The notes beneath the pieces are model-generated. The model searched no databases. It was not told the DNA's origin and saw only the letters and a list, made by a program, of their open reading frames with translations. Both the position numbers and the translations under genes were made by a program. Source: Octopus sinensis (lineage: Eukaryota). From it: a stretch of DNA of 64,000 nucleotides. This document shows positions 13,857 through 26,433 of this stretch, one piece after another. The DNA is taken from assembly GCF_006345805.1 (NCBI RefSeq), contig NC_043001.1, positions 83,142,001 through 83,206,000 of the forward strand, in the 5' to 3' direction. Numbering within the stretch: the first letter of the stretch is position 1; every line of letters starts with the position of its first letter.

Positions 13857-14841
13857 TAATAAGAGTCTATGAAAAGACTGTTCCAATGAACTGCAGGTGC
13901 CGTCAATTTGAAGGCATTCTAAAAAATTTCTGTTTACCACATTTCAAACAATTTCTGTTTACTGTATTTCAAAAGATTTGATGCTATGATTAGGGACACC
14001 CGCACGAAATTTCACGAACAGAAATCGAAAATGGGACTTCGTGATTACAAAACGAACCTTATAAAAATTCATCCATGTTGTGTCTAAACAACTATCTCTA
14101 TTAATGTGAGTCGTAATTTCGTTAGGATAAATAAAACTATTTCAGTATGTTGACATGAGAGATGATTTTTGCAAACTTCAAAATTGAGGTAGGTGCTTGA
14201 AACATAATGGATAATATACCACAATGTCAGAAGTACTCGTTGTTTCTTTTATTATAAGGTTTATTTTCATTGTGTATACGTGTGCCAGTGTATATTTTTA
14301 CTGTGTATAGTGTATAAATGGTGAAGGTCTCCTCTCTCTCCTTCACCATTTTCTCTCTCTCTCTCTCTTTCTCTCTCCCTCGTTCTCTTTTGTCTCGTTG
14401 CTCACACGTGGCCATCGTCCAGATTTCTTTTCCTCACGTGACTATCTTTCTTTTCCTGCACGGACGTTTAAACGAACGGACGGGTTTTTCTTTCTCTCTT
14501 CTATCTTTTCTCTTTTCAAAAAATGTTTCTTCCAGCTTTCAATATTTCCCCCTCATTCTGGTCCAAAGACCCTCCATATTCGTTTTCATTCAGCTTCCTT
14601 GTGTGTCTCCACTGTCATATTTTTGTTCCCAACTTTGGCCCTCCAAAAATCCTAAAGATTTTTTAGAATTTATGGGAGCAACTGTCGAATGCTTGAAATG
14701 AGGACTAGATAGACAGCCGACAACTGATGAAGAATCGTTTCTCTGTGTTAACTTGTTCTGTTTTCCATTTTTCTCATCGTTTACGTATTTCATGTTAATT
14801 GCACCGTTGGTGACACCCTGCACTCATATATGCATATATAT

Positions 14842-14958
14842 CACGTCACGTGACCGACCAGACCAACAGATGTTGTTACACATCGCTGGTCACAATGCGT
14901 TCGCATTGTTTTAGCCTTCGAATGACGCCACCCCCCCGCTGGCTAAGCGAGCAGGCCA
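14842..14958 (-). mobile_element. 3' part of SINE family C
   Basis: Reverse complement of 59045-59134. Confidence 0.8.
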
Positions 14959-15096
14959 TATGCAATATATATATATATATATAATATATATATATATATA
15001 TCGATATAATATGGAATATTTTATTTATTTAATTGAATTGCAACGCGTCCATTTACAAGTATATATATATTATATATATATATATATATATATGTA

Positions 15097-15302
15097 GTGT
15101 CTGTGCTTGTCCACCCACAATCGCTTGACAACCAATGCTGGTGTGATTATATCCCCGTATCTTAGCGGTTCGGCAAAAGAGTCCGATAGAATAAGTACTA
15201 ATCTTACAAAGAATAAGTCCTGTGGTCGGTTTGTTCGACTACAAGGCGGTGCTCTAGCATGGCAGCAGTAAAATCAGTGAAACAAATAAAAGAATAAAAG
15301 AA
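15097..15302 (+). mobile_element. SINE family A, 3' half
   Basis: CGCTTGACAACC..CTTAGCGGTTCGGCAAAAG..AAAAGAATAAAAG. Confidence 0.85.
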
Positions 15303-15384
15303 CATATATATATATATATATATGTGTATTAGTGTGTATACATAGTATATATACATACATACAATCATACATACATACATACAT

Positions 15385-15419
<35 letters not shown>

Positions 15420-15425
15420 GTATAC

Positions 15426-15461
<36 letters not shown>

Positions 15462-15620
15462 ATAAAAATGGAACAAAACCGCAAAAGAGGAGAATAAAAC
15501 ATTCGGACAGATAGACGATACAAAGGCGGACAGGGGAAACAATTAGAAGAACAGGCATAACAAGACGGGTCATTCATGGCCTTCTTTCCTCAGTGAAGTA
15601 CCACAAGTCACGACAGTTTC

Positions 15621-15785
15621 GGAGTGGCTGTGTGGTAAGTAGCTTGCTAACCAGCCACATGGTTCCGGGTTCAGTCCCACTGCGTGGCATCTTGGGCAAG
15701 TGTCTTCTGCTATAGCCCCGGGCCGACCAATGCCTTGTGAGTGTATTTGGTAGACGGAAACTAAAAGAAGCCTGTCGTATATATG

Positions 15786-15824
<39 letters not shown>

Positions 15825-16040
15825 ATGTGTTTGTGTGTCTGTGTTTGTCCCCTCAACATGGCTTGACAACCGATGCTGGTGTGTTTACGTCCCCGTAACT
15901 TAGCGGTTCGGCAAAAGGGACCGATAGAATAAGTACTGGGCTTACAAAGATAAGTTCCGGCGTCGATTTGCTCGACTAAAGGCGGTGCTCCAGCATGGCC
16001 ACAGTCAAATGACTGAAACATGTAAAAGAGTAAAAGAGAG
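15621..16040 (+). mobile_element. SINE family A, near full length
   Basis: GGAGTGGCTGTGTGGTAAG...GGTTCAGTCCC...GTAAAAGAGTAAAAGAG. Confidence 0.92.
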
Positions 16041-16614
16041 ATATATGCGGAGAAAGCGCGCAATATCATATGTAAAAGCTTCACGTTGGTACTAAATTTA
16101 AGATTTAAAACCCTTGTAAATACGACGACGATTTAATATAAGAAGTTCACGAAAATTGCAGAAAACACATCTCCAAGCATATTCAGATTGCAGTTATAAT
16201 TGAACACTTGAAAATATAGTATTAAACATATTATAGGAATTAAAATGCAATTAAAGAAAACGCGTAAACAGAAACAAAAAATAAAATTAAAGAATACATT
16301 CTAATATAAATACATATGAAACCCTTGTTTAGTGAGACACTATAACAAGTTTATTTCGATTCGTTTATATTTTACTATAACTGCAGCACTGCTTTGTGCG
16401 TAAAATCAACGCCATTACTATATGTAGCTTTCGTTCTTCACTCTCATAAGTGCACCTTGCGTTTGAGTAATATATATTTATTTTAATATGCGTTTCGCAA
16501 TTTCTTTTCCTGTGTCTCCTTGTTTACGATAATTACGTTCTAATTTTTAGATTTTTTTTTTAAACGAAATTATCGATCTTTCTCTAAAACGAGACGAAGT
16601 GAATCATTATATGA

Positions 16615-16829
16615 TATATACAAACACACATACACGCACGCACACCCACACATACATATATGCATACTCACATACACATACACACATACAAATATACTCA
16701 CACACACACGCGCAGATACATATATAGGTGAATGTGTGTGCATGTAAATATAGACACTCATATTTATATATATGCGTATATATATATACACACACACACG
16801 CTATATATAGATAATATATATATATATAT

Positions 16830-16863
<34 letters not shown>

Positions 16864-16875
16864 ATAGATTTACAG

Positions 16876-16920
<45 letters not shown>

Positions 16921-17126
16921 ACTATATATATATACACACACAGAAACACTCACGTAAACAGCACACACATACATCTATACATACTCACACGCACACATAC
17001 ACACACATACATACACTCACACATAGATAAATACATACTCACACACACACGCACACAGACACGTGCAGACACACACACATAGGTGTATGCATGTAAATTC
17101 ACACACATGTATACACACACTCATAC

Positions 17127-17158
<32 letters not shown>

Positions 17159-17923
17159 ATATATACACACACACACACAGAGACACACACACATATAAAT
17201 GCATGTATACATACGCAGTAACACATCTACGTGCACATCTACGTGTATGTAAATATATACATACAAACAAGTGTTTTAAAGTACATATTAAATTTACATA
17301 TGTGTGCGTGAGACAGTGTATGTATGTGCGTACGTATGAATGTATGTATGTATGTATGTATGTGTATGTATGTATGTATGTATGTATGCATGCATTTACG
17401 TACTCATGTGTATGTGATGATATGAAGAATATTGTTGAAAATGGAAGAGCGATATATATATATATATATATATACATATATACATGCGCACGCGTGTGTA
17501 TATGCGTGTATGAATGCACATGGACATGTATATATATATATATACATATATAGGAATAAATGTAGATAATCTCCATAGACTTTAAATATGTGTTATGCAT
17601 GTATGCATGCATGTGTATCTGTATGTACAATAATTACGTTGTAATTTCTAGATTTTTTAACGAAATTATCGATTACATTCTTAATGAAACAAGGTGATGC
17701 TTTGTATGATACATACATATATACATGCACACATTAGTATATAATATACACACACACACATGTATATATATATATGTATATATATATATTATATATATAT
17801 ATATAATATTATATATATATATACATATGCATATATATATTATATATATTATACATATACATATATTATAATATATATATATACATATGCATAGATATAT
17901 ATAATATATATATATATATATTT

Positions 17924-17954
<31 letters not shown>

Positions 17955-18135
17955 TATATATATATACATATATGAATATATATATATATATAGATATATT
18001 ATATATAATATATTATATATATATATATCAGTATATATATGGTTGAACGCGTGTGCGTGTACTCACACATACATATGTACGCATGTATACATAAATATAA
18101 ATGTGTGTGTGTGTGTGTGTGCGTGTGCGTGTATG
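16615..18135. repeat. (CA)/(TA)/(GA)/(TATG) microsatellite field
   Basis: Direct reading. Confidence 0.92.
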
Positions 18136-18229
18136 AAATACGAAACAAATGTATTTTGTTTCGTAACATAGTAGATCTGCACCCATATTATCGTTAGGTT
18201 GATATACGTTGATAAATGCATGAAACTTT

Positions 18230-18845
18230 GGAGATAGTGGTAACGATGGCGAAGGTTATATTCGTTGTAATAGAGTTAGTATTGAGACGACAATGGGTAG
18301 AGAACGGGTTGATTGTAGGGTAAGAGTTAGAGTGGTAGTGGTTGTGCTGTTCGTTGTGGGTTTCGTTAGGATCTCAAAAGTAGGGGAATATAGTAGTAGT
18401 CATGGTGGTAGGGATGGTGGAATAGAGTTTGGGCGACCTTGGTGGTTGTATTGTTATTGATAGCGGCGGCAGTGGTGCTGGTGGTGGTTGTAGTAGTCGT
18501 GGTGGTAGTGGTGGTATTGTTGATGTTATTTTTGATGATTATGGTGACAGTGGTGTTGGTGGTGGTGGTGGTGGTTGTGGTTATCTGTGTGGTTAGATTT
18601 TATGTTGTCATGGCAGTGCAGTTGTTGTCGGTGAAGGTGGTGATGGCGGTGAAGGCGGTGACAGTGGCGGTGGTGGTGATGGGTCTGATGGTGGTAGGGG
18701 CAGTAGCGTCTTGATATAGTGATGATGTTGGTGACTTGAGAATGCTGGTGGTGATGGTGAAGGTATAGTTTTGCTGATGGCGTTTCGTATGATAGTGGCG
18801 AGATGTTGATGGTGATGACGCAGTGAGGTTCGTGATGACGAAGAA
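18230..18845. repeat. Degenerate (GGT/GAT)n tract
   Basis: Direct reading. Confidence 0.85.
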
Positions 18846-18979
18846 TACAACAGATTATTTGGGAGTAGATCTAATTTTACATAATTGGCTTCAGTTAGCT
18901 TGTAAATCTAAGCATGAAGCATGAGTATGTATTCGTGAATATATATCTATATACGTATGTGTATGAGTGTATATATATA

Positions 18980-19017
<38 letters not shown>

Positions 19018-19059
19018 TATATACATATGTATATATATACATATAGATATACATATATT

Positions 19060-19208
19060 ACAGCAGGGATCACCACCCCCTGCCGGAGCCTCGTGGAGCT
19101 TTTAGGTGTTTTCGCCCAATAAACACTCACAACGCCCGGTCTGGGAATCGAAACCGCAATCCTACGACCGCGAGTCCGCTGCCCTAACCACTAGGCCATT
19201 GCGCCTCC
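19060..19208 (-). mobile_element. SINE family C, 5' part (tRNA-derived head)
   Basis: Reverse complement: GGCGCAATGGCCTAGTGGTTAGGGCAGCGGACTCGCGGTC..GGTTTCGATTCCC. Confidence 0.88.
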
Positions 19209-19247
19209 ACACACACACACACATATATATATATATTATATATATAT

Positions 19248-19283
<36 letters not shown>

Positions 19284-19351
19284 TAATATATATATATATA
19301 TAATATATATATATATATATAATATATATATATATATGTATATATATATAA

Positions 19352-20925
19352 GGAAGCACCAGGCGGTAAGGGGGACAACAGTCTCCTTAGTATAATTTTT
19401 TTTAAATGGTCATATTTCTTTATTGAGGTGTGGTCTGTACTTTTGTATGAACAGGTTTTCCTTGTTTAGGTGTTCTTGTACGGAGATTGAATCTTTGCAT
19501 TGGTATAATGGGAAGATATGAAAATTCGGCGTTTTATTACTTGCGCATTTGTTGATATGTCCTCTCAGTGCTCTCTGCCTGTATTGAGGGAAACGAATCT
19601 GTTCTTTATGCAGCGTGATACTGCGTCTCAAAGTAAGGCTCGTTTGGCCCACATAACTATGACCACAACCTGTGCAGGTTAGGACATAGAGAAGGTTCTG
19701 GGAAGCACATGTGAAGTTGGTCTTAATTGAGAATTTTTGTCTTGCTGGAATGTGAATTCCGAGCGTCCAGTTAGGTATTGGCATGTACCACAATTAGGTC
19801 GTCTGCATTTTTTAACTGTTGGTATCGTTTGTATTGAGTATAGTTCTGTATTTGTTAGGAGTCTCTTGAGTAATTTGTCCTGTCTTTTGCATTTTAGTAC
19901 TTTGTGTGTATTTAGGATGCTGTTCATTTTCGGGTCTTGAGTGAGCCGAGGGGGATTTTGTTTAATTGTGTTGTATGCTTCAATGTTTCTGGGGTTGTGG
20001 GTTGATATGTATGGGAGTGATTTAAGGTGTGGTGTGGTTTCTTTTTGTTGTCCTTAGTGTGTTTGTGTCCAATTTTTGGCACGTTTAATTTCATGTTCTG
20101 TACGTGTAGGGGGTATTGACGTTCAATGAGTGTTATTTTGAGTTCTTGTATGCGAAGTTCCCAAGTGATTGTGTCAGATACAATTGTACAGATCCTTTTT
20201 GCTAGATTGAATGGGATATTTGGTGTGTTTAGGATGGCATGAACTGAAAAGGAGATACTGTTTTGAGTCTGTTGGTTTGTAGTAAATGTCAGTTGCAATT
20301 TGGTTGTTGGACTTTTTTAAAATCAAAATGTCCAGAAATGGGAGCAGTTCCTTGCTATATCCCATCGTAAATTGGATGTTGGGGTTTATATTATTCAGTG
20401 TGGATTTGAAATCCAGGAGTTTATCATATGTTTCATTCCAGATGATAAAACAATCGTCTAGGTACCTTTTTCTTTTTCTGTCAGGCCTTTTCCATGTTTG
20501 AGTATTAATGATGCAAGATCTTTTAAGATCTTCACAAAAGGAGTCATTTTCTAGTATGGACAATGCTAGGTTTTTATAGTATTCTGTGTCAATCCCTACT
20601 ACAGCACTACATTTGTCTGCTTCTTTGATTGTCAGGTCTTTGTCGTTTTTTAGCTGTGATAGGTGCTTCCATTGTATGTTGTTGAAGTTAGGTACAATTT
20701 TTGGTTTATAGATAGTGTGAGGAAAATTCTGGATACTGTTGCAGAAGTCATCTAGTGCTTTATTCTTTCCTTTGGGTGGTAGATAATTACTTTTCTTTCT
20801 CACTAGTGATTCGCCATCGTTGTTTTAGTTGGTTAGTGATTCTGTCAATCGAAGTATTCTATAGAATTCTACAATATTGTCTTTAATTTCATTGGCGTTG
20901 GGTCTACGTGTAGTGGGTGTAAATT
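19352..20925 (-). mobile_element. Penelope-like retroelement (RT + GIY-YIG endonuclease), decayed and internally deleted; Neptune-like
   Basis: IKEADK, RYLDDCFIIW, LPFLDILI, IYYKPT (ORF 20174-20803); Cys linker KCRRPNCGTC; NLLYVLTCTGCGHSYVGQT..H..KENLFIQKYRPHLN (ORF 19410-19793); flanked by (TA)n. Confidence 0.93.
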
Positions 20926-21082
20926 TATATATATATATATATGTATATGTATATATGTATGCATGTATATTTATATATATTATATATGCTGTTGCCGCAT
21001 TATGTCGTACGCGAATGAGAGGATTTGCATCCCCAACGTAGAATTTTTGTTGTAATACATGTCCTTGAGGTAGTAGTTGTGC

Positions 21083-21160
21083 GCGGCTGAAGAAGGCCAC
21101 AGACACACATTATGCATTGTTATAAATCCGTCTAATAAAGGCACGAAACATATGTACCGC
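21083..21160 (+). ncRNA. Minimal type I hammerhead ribozyme motif
   Basis: GCGG-CUGAAGA-AG-GCC..GGC-AC-GAAA-CAUAUG-UA-CCGC: stem I GCGG/CCGC, intact core, palindromic stem III. Confidence 0.8.
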
Positions 21161-21210
21161 TGAATCCTTGGCATCATGTTTTTATTTTTATTTTGATTAA
21201 TTTATGTATG

Positions 21211-21278
<68 letters not shown>

Positions 21279-21542
21279 GTATGTATAAAGGCATAAATAA
21301 AGGGCTTTATCTATTTATTTCTGCATTGTAGACTTGTAGCTGCTTCAAAGTGCATTGCGTTTATTGTTCTGTTTAATCAATTGATCGATTGATCTACTGA
21401 AAATATAATGAACGACAGTTAGGATGGTATCGTTGTCAGTGTCCAACACAACGGCTGCCAAATTACTTGGCTCTGATGACGGTACCATTATGTGTGTGTA
21501 GGGGGGGCTGAGTGTGTGTCTGCCGCACGCGCGTGTGTGTAT

Positions 21543-21665
21543 GGCGCTCCGTCGGTTGCGACGACGAGGGTCGCAGTTGATCCGAACAAAGGAACAGCCT
21601 ACTCGTGAAATTACCGAGCAAATGACTGAACGCTTCCACAGGCACGTGTACACTTAATGTTATGT
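21543..21665 (-). mobile_element. Shared SINE 3' tail module
   Basis: Matches 43815-43960 and the reverse complement of 55960-56040 (GGCTGTTCC..GATCAACTG..TCGTCGTCG..CCGACGGAG). Confidence 0.8.
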
Positions 21666-22094
21666 TGTCATCTGAGGTCAGTGTATCAGTGTAGTTTGTT
21701 TCTGTTTTGTATTTTGTCGCCTCCTTGTGTATAGAGAAATGCCTTTTCTTTTTCTCGTGTTGCTTTACTACATGCAGTAGGTAGTCTTCCACTCTTTGAT
21801 TCTAAGTACTTCTATAGTCCAACCGTTGTTATTTTACAGTAATTCTCTATCAATATCAGGCCACGGCCACCTTCTGAGCAGGGTAGATATATTCTGTCTA
21901 CGTATGCGTTGGGATGGTATACGCTGTTTAGTAGTTTTTTTGGTTTTTCTATCTAGGTTTCTCAATTCACTGATCTCCCAGTTTATTATGTTAAAGCTGT
22001 AATTTATGACTGGCATGGCTAGCGTGTTTTTCCCTGTTATCTTATTTTTAGCATTAAGTTCAGTGTTTAATATTAGTCTAACTCTTCTGTAATA

Positions 22095-22401
22095 GAGTGG
22101 TTGTATACTGTCAACATAATGTGACAGTCCGTATGGATTACACCACCGCTGTTTAGCCCAAGGAAGCATCGACGCTTCCTGTCGGCTTTGACACATTTCC
22201 TGTGTCCTTATATTTGTGAAGGGGAGGCAAGCACCCCCACCAGCCAAGATTCACAGCTGAGGACATGCATGTTTCTGGGTCTTAACCCGTCATCAGCCCA
22301 GGATACTGAGATTTGCTGACTGAGGTGTCCGTCTAGCCTTCACAAACATATATATCTACAGTGAAATCTATTCACTGGTCACCGTAATTAGAAATATTAA
22401 A
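22095..22401 (-). mobile_element. ~307-bp structured non-coding insertion carrying a hammerhead ribozyme
   Basis: Splits the LINE frame MKEKISRAYY/RRVRL; TAATA is repeated at both junctions (22090-22094, 22402-22406); multiple hairpins. Confidence 0.8.
22257..22301 (-). ncRNA. Minimal type I hammerhead ribozyme motif
   Basis: CUGGG-CUGAUGA-C-GGGU-UAAG-ACCC-A-GAAA-CAUGCAUG-UC-CUCAG; all core nucleotides present; predicted cut after GUC (22262/22261). Confidence 0.9.
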
Positions 22402-24299
22402 TAATAAGCTCTACTAATTTTCTCTTTCATTCCTGTATGTTGTATTTTAGCTGTTTCTTCTTTTTCTAGATATTTGTATGGGCGGTTATGGTCTGATTCT
22501 GTGTCTATATCGAGTGCAGTGTTTGCAGTGCTGAATAATTTGCCTCTTGTCAGTGAGACTGGCACAATTGTCCAGCCCCATGCTCATTCAGATGTCATTG
22601 CTGATACTCAACAATTTTGATAAAGTTTTTCTGTTCTATGGTACAAGAGATGGTTATTTTTGTCCGTAGCACCTACAACCCATGGTGGTTTCGTTTAGCA
22701 AGGTTGTTAGCGGGTCAGAGAAAGGCAGAAAAGAAGGGTTGACAGTAAGTCTCCCTGGAAAATCTCTCTTCTTATGGGGTATAGGATAGGTTTTAATAAC
22801 TTGTAGGTCATTTTTTAATACTATACTGGTTTCCGGTTTGCCATTGCATACTTAATATATTTTAGTAGTGGTGGAGGCTACCTTTATTGTGTAGAGAGAT
22901 TCCAGCATCCATGAATGTGGAACACTGTCGAATGCTTTCTGGTAATCAATCAAGTCATGTTCAGGTTTGTCTTTCTCCTCTTACAGGCCTCCATAATTGC
23001 TCGGTTTACCAGAAGTTGCTCTTTATAGCCACATTTCCCTTTCCAGCACCCTTTTTGTTCTTCTGGTATGACACTGCTATTTTCCAGGTGCTTTATAAGC
23101 CGGTTATTGATGGCTGATGTTAGAGTTTTGTAGGATGTCAATAGGCATGTAACTGGTCCGTAATTTTGTGGTAGTACGGTGTCTTTGTTTTTGGGAATCA
23201 GGGCGATCTGCCCTTCCAGCATCCACTTTGGTGTTGGTTCTTATCAACAAATTGAACATGGTTATGGGTACTAGTGAGGTGTTTAACCTGAAGTTGGGGA
23301 CCTTGTCTATCCCTGGAGTTTTCCAGTTGCTGGTACTCCTCAGTGTGTCCATGATCTCTTGACCTGTGATAGTGGGCCATATCTGTTGTTCTATTGCGTT
23401 CTTCTCTTTTTCCCTTCTATACCACTCAGCATTTTTGTTGTGCTTCTTTGATCTTCTCCTTATTGCTTCCCAGTATGACTGAATCACTGACGTAGGCATG
23501 GCATCTACCGATGTAGTTTTTTAAAAACTTTCTATAAAAACATTGTGTTTTTTTTAATTCTCTATTTTGTTGAAAGAAGCGTTCCCGTTTTTCATACCGT
23601 TTCATGCAGCAAGTTTTTACTGCTATGCCCTGTTAAATTTTTTCTTTTACATCACAAGTATCTTCTTTATTTTTATGTTGTATTGTTTTGTTACATGGGC
23701 CCTTTTTTACTTTTCATATTTGATCCCTTTTTCTCTAATTCACAAAGTAGCGAAAAGTCTTTCTTTTGTTTTTGAATTTTATTTATGATCTGTTTTCATT
23801 TTGTGGTTTGAGATTTGGCTGGGATTTTTTCCTTGTAAAGATCAAGTCTAGTTTCCCTGGATATCACTACAGCTGTTGAGTAGATCAAGTCATTTAGTTT
23901 GCTGCTATCTAGTGTATCTTTTGATATGGTCATTATTACTTGTAAGGCTCTGTTGTATATATCCTTTCTTAGAACTGTTTATTTTTTTGTAGCCTGCGGA
24001 GACGTTTACGCTGCTCCATATTTATCGACTGTGTGATGTCTAGTTCTTTTACTTCTGTTATTTCTTCACTAGGTTCGTCTCTGTCCTCGGTTATAACTCA
24101 TCTGCTTTGGTATGTGTTATTTTTGTTGTTGTTTTGCGCTTTAGTATTCGCTTGTGTATGTTGTTGATATGCTGTGCTAATCTATTTATTTCAGGGTTGG
24201 GTAGCTATACAGAGATTTTACTTTGGTTTAGCCGTTTATTTACTGTTTGCAGTGATATCTCTGTTGTGTTCTCTTCTTTCCTTTCTGGAGTTTTATGCG

Positions 24300-24460
24300 T
24301 TTTCGGAGATAATTCAGTTCTTGTCCAATCTACAAAAGCTGCTGAGTATCTGAGTAATAATACTGCCCTAGTATTTACAGCCTTCACTAGATTCAGACCA
24401 TTTAGCTTTGACTTCATTAGCCTCCTCAGTTTTCGTTTTCATTTCTATGTTTTTATCATT
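24300..24460 (-). pseudogene. Fragment of a second R4-clade RT
   Basis: MKSKLNGLNLVKAVNTRAVLLLRYSAAFVDWTRTEL covers the same domain as 21950-22090, so it comes from a different element. Confidence 0.75.
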
Positions 24461-24469
24461 GTATTTCTC

Positions 24470-24863
24470 CCGTCGCTACGTTTTGAGTTCGAGTTCCGCC
24501 AAGGTCGACTTCGCCTTTCACCCTTTCAGTATCGATAAATAAAGTACCAATGAAACACTAGGGTCGATGTAATCGACTATTCCCCCCCCCAAAAAAAATT
24601 CCAGGCCTTGTGCCTTTAATAGAAAGGATTACTGTTATCATTATTATTAAAGCGGCGAGCTGGCAGAATCGTTAGCGTGTTGGGTAAAATGCTTAGCGGC
24701 ATTTAGTTCGTCTTTTCGTTTTGAGACCCAATTCCTACGATGTCGACTTTGCCATTCATCATTTCGGGGTCGATAAAATAAGTACCAGTCGAGCACTAGG
24801 GATAACGTAATTTACTTACTCCCTTTCCTCGAACTAGCTGGCATTGTTCCAAAATTTGAAACC
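24470..24863 (+). mobile_element. Two SINE family B copies
   Basis: GTCGACTTCGCCTTTCACCCTTTC and GCGGCGAGCTGGCAGAATCGTTAGC..GTCGATAAAATAAGTACC. Confidence 0.85.
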
Positions 24864-24881
24864 AATATATAGATACATAAA

Positions 24882-25258
24882 TCTCTCTATATATAAACGG
24901 CAGTTTGTCTGTGTGCGTTTCTGTGTGTCTGTTAGGTTGTACCCTCACCCTGACCACGGCTTTCAACCGATTCTTAATGAAACTTAACACACACATAGCC
25001 CAATGTCATAATTCAAAACTAACGCAGAGAAAATTTTGAAAAGTTCCCCCAGTTCTGAAAAAAATCGATAAATTCGACATGGGGTCGAGAATCAGAAACA
25101 CAAACCACAGACTGTCTAGGGGACGCAACTCGACCGTTTTAACTCTCAAAAAAAAATTTACCATAATTTTTTTTCCATTTTTTTTGGCTATAACTCTCTA
25201 AAAATGCTTTATAGTTATTTCCCTTACAAACCCGAGCAACGCCGGGCGATACTGCTAG
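24882..25258 (+). mobile_element. Non-autonomous Helitron
   Basis: A|TC start (TCTCTCTATATATAAA), 3' hairpin CCCGAGCAACGCCGGG, terminal CTAG|T, no TSD. Confidence 0.85.
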
Positions 25259-25569
25259 TACGTATATAAACATGCGTATATATACACATGCAAAATAAGA
25301 GGGACTGTACGGATTTGATTATAACGGATGGAGCAGGTTTGATTATCGGACTATCAATTAGAGAGGGCTTCAGAATGGACACTCGGGGCTAAACTACAGC
25401 AACTACAAAGCAATGCATATGGGGTAGAGTGGTTTGGTGTGTATATTTAATGTAACATCACTGGATGTCCAAACTGGCAAAGAACGGACGAACACAGACC
25501 TCGGTGACCAGCAATAGAGAAAACTGTTGGAAAACGAAAGCAACGTTATCATTATCACACATTTGCTTT

Positions 25570-25890
25570 TCCTTCTCCTTCTCCTACTCCTCCTCCGCCT
25601 CCTCCTCCTCATCATCATCATCGTCATCATCGTCATCACGGTTATCAGCGTCATCATCGTGATCATCATCATCATCGTCATCATCATCATCATCGTCATC
25701 ACCATCGTCATCATCATCATCATCATCGTCATTATCCTCATCATCGTCATCATCGTCATCATCATCATCATCATCAAAACTACGACAACGACAGCAAATA
25801 TATTTGCTGCCATCGTCGTCTTCAACGTCTTTGTTCACCTCCTCTTCTTCATCTCCTCCTCCCCCTCATCATCATCATCGTCGTCGCCGT

Positions 25891-25922
<32 letters not shown>

Positions 25923-26129
25923 CCATCACCTTCATATTTGCTGTCGTCGTCGTCATCAACGTCTTTTTTCACCCCCTCCCCTTCATCTCCTCCTCTTCAT
26001 CATCATCGTTGTCGTTGTCATCGTCATAATCGTCATCGCCAACACCATCAACCTCATATTTGTTGTCGTTTTCATCGTCGTTGTCGACATCATCATCACC
26101 ATCATCACTACCACCACCACCACTACCAC

Positions 26130-26166
<37 letters not shown>

Positions 26167-26200
26167 GTCATCGTCATCGTCATCATCATTATCAATAACA
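25570..26200. repeat. (CAT/CGT/CCT)n tract
   Basis: Direct reading. Confidence 0.92.
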
Positions 26201-26390
26201 TCAATTACAGTAATAATGTTTAATGCATGCGCAGTTGTAATGGCAATAGGTAGTTATTTTTACAGACAGATCGAAATAAATAATGCAGAAATTTATGTCT
26301 TGTAACTATTGAAGGTTATCACTGCTATCTGTCCATCCATCTATCCAAATCCCCTCTCATCCTCTCTCTCTGTCTCTTTCTGCACAAGTA

Positions 26391-26433
<43 letters not shown>

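Larger units (their letters stand above)
21665..24300 (-). pseudogene. R4/Dong-like non-LTR retrotransposon ORF (RT region), decayed
   Basis: KTPGIDK, LIPK..NYGPVTCLLTSYK, EQKGC..CGYKEQL, IFQGDLLSTLLFC, YKYL, YYRRVRLILNTELNAKNK..LRNLDRKT; frameshifted and interrupted at 22095-22401. Confidence 0.9.

Noticed and set aside
14715-14760. CTGATGAAG hammerhead-like start
   Set aside because: No GAAA or stem III downstream.
15465-15622. CCGAAACTGTC (minus strand) in a PLE-terminus-like fragment
   Set aside because: Only the 3' half of a core is present, truncated at a SINE.
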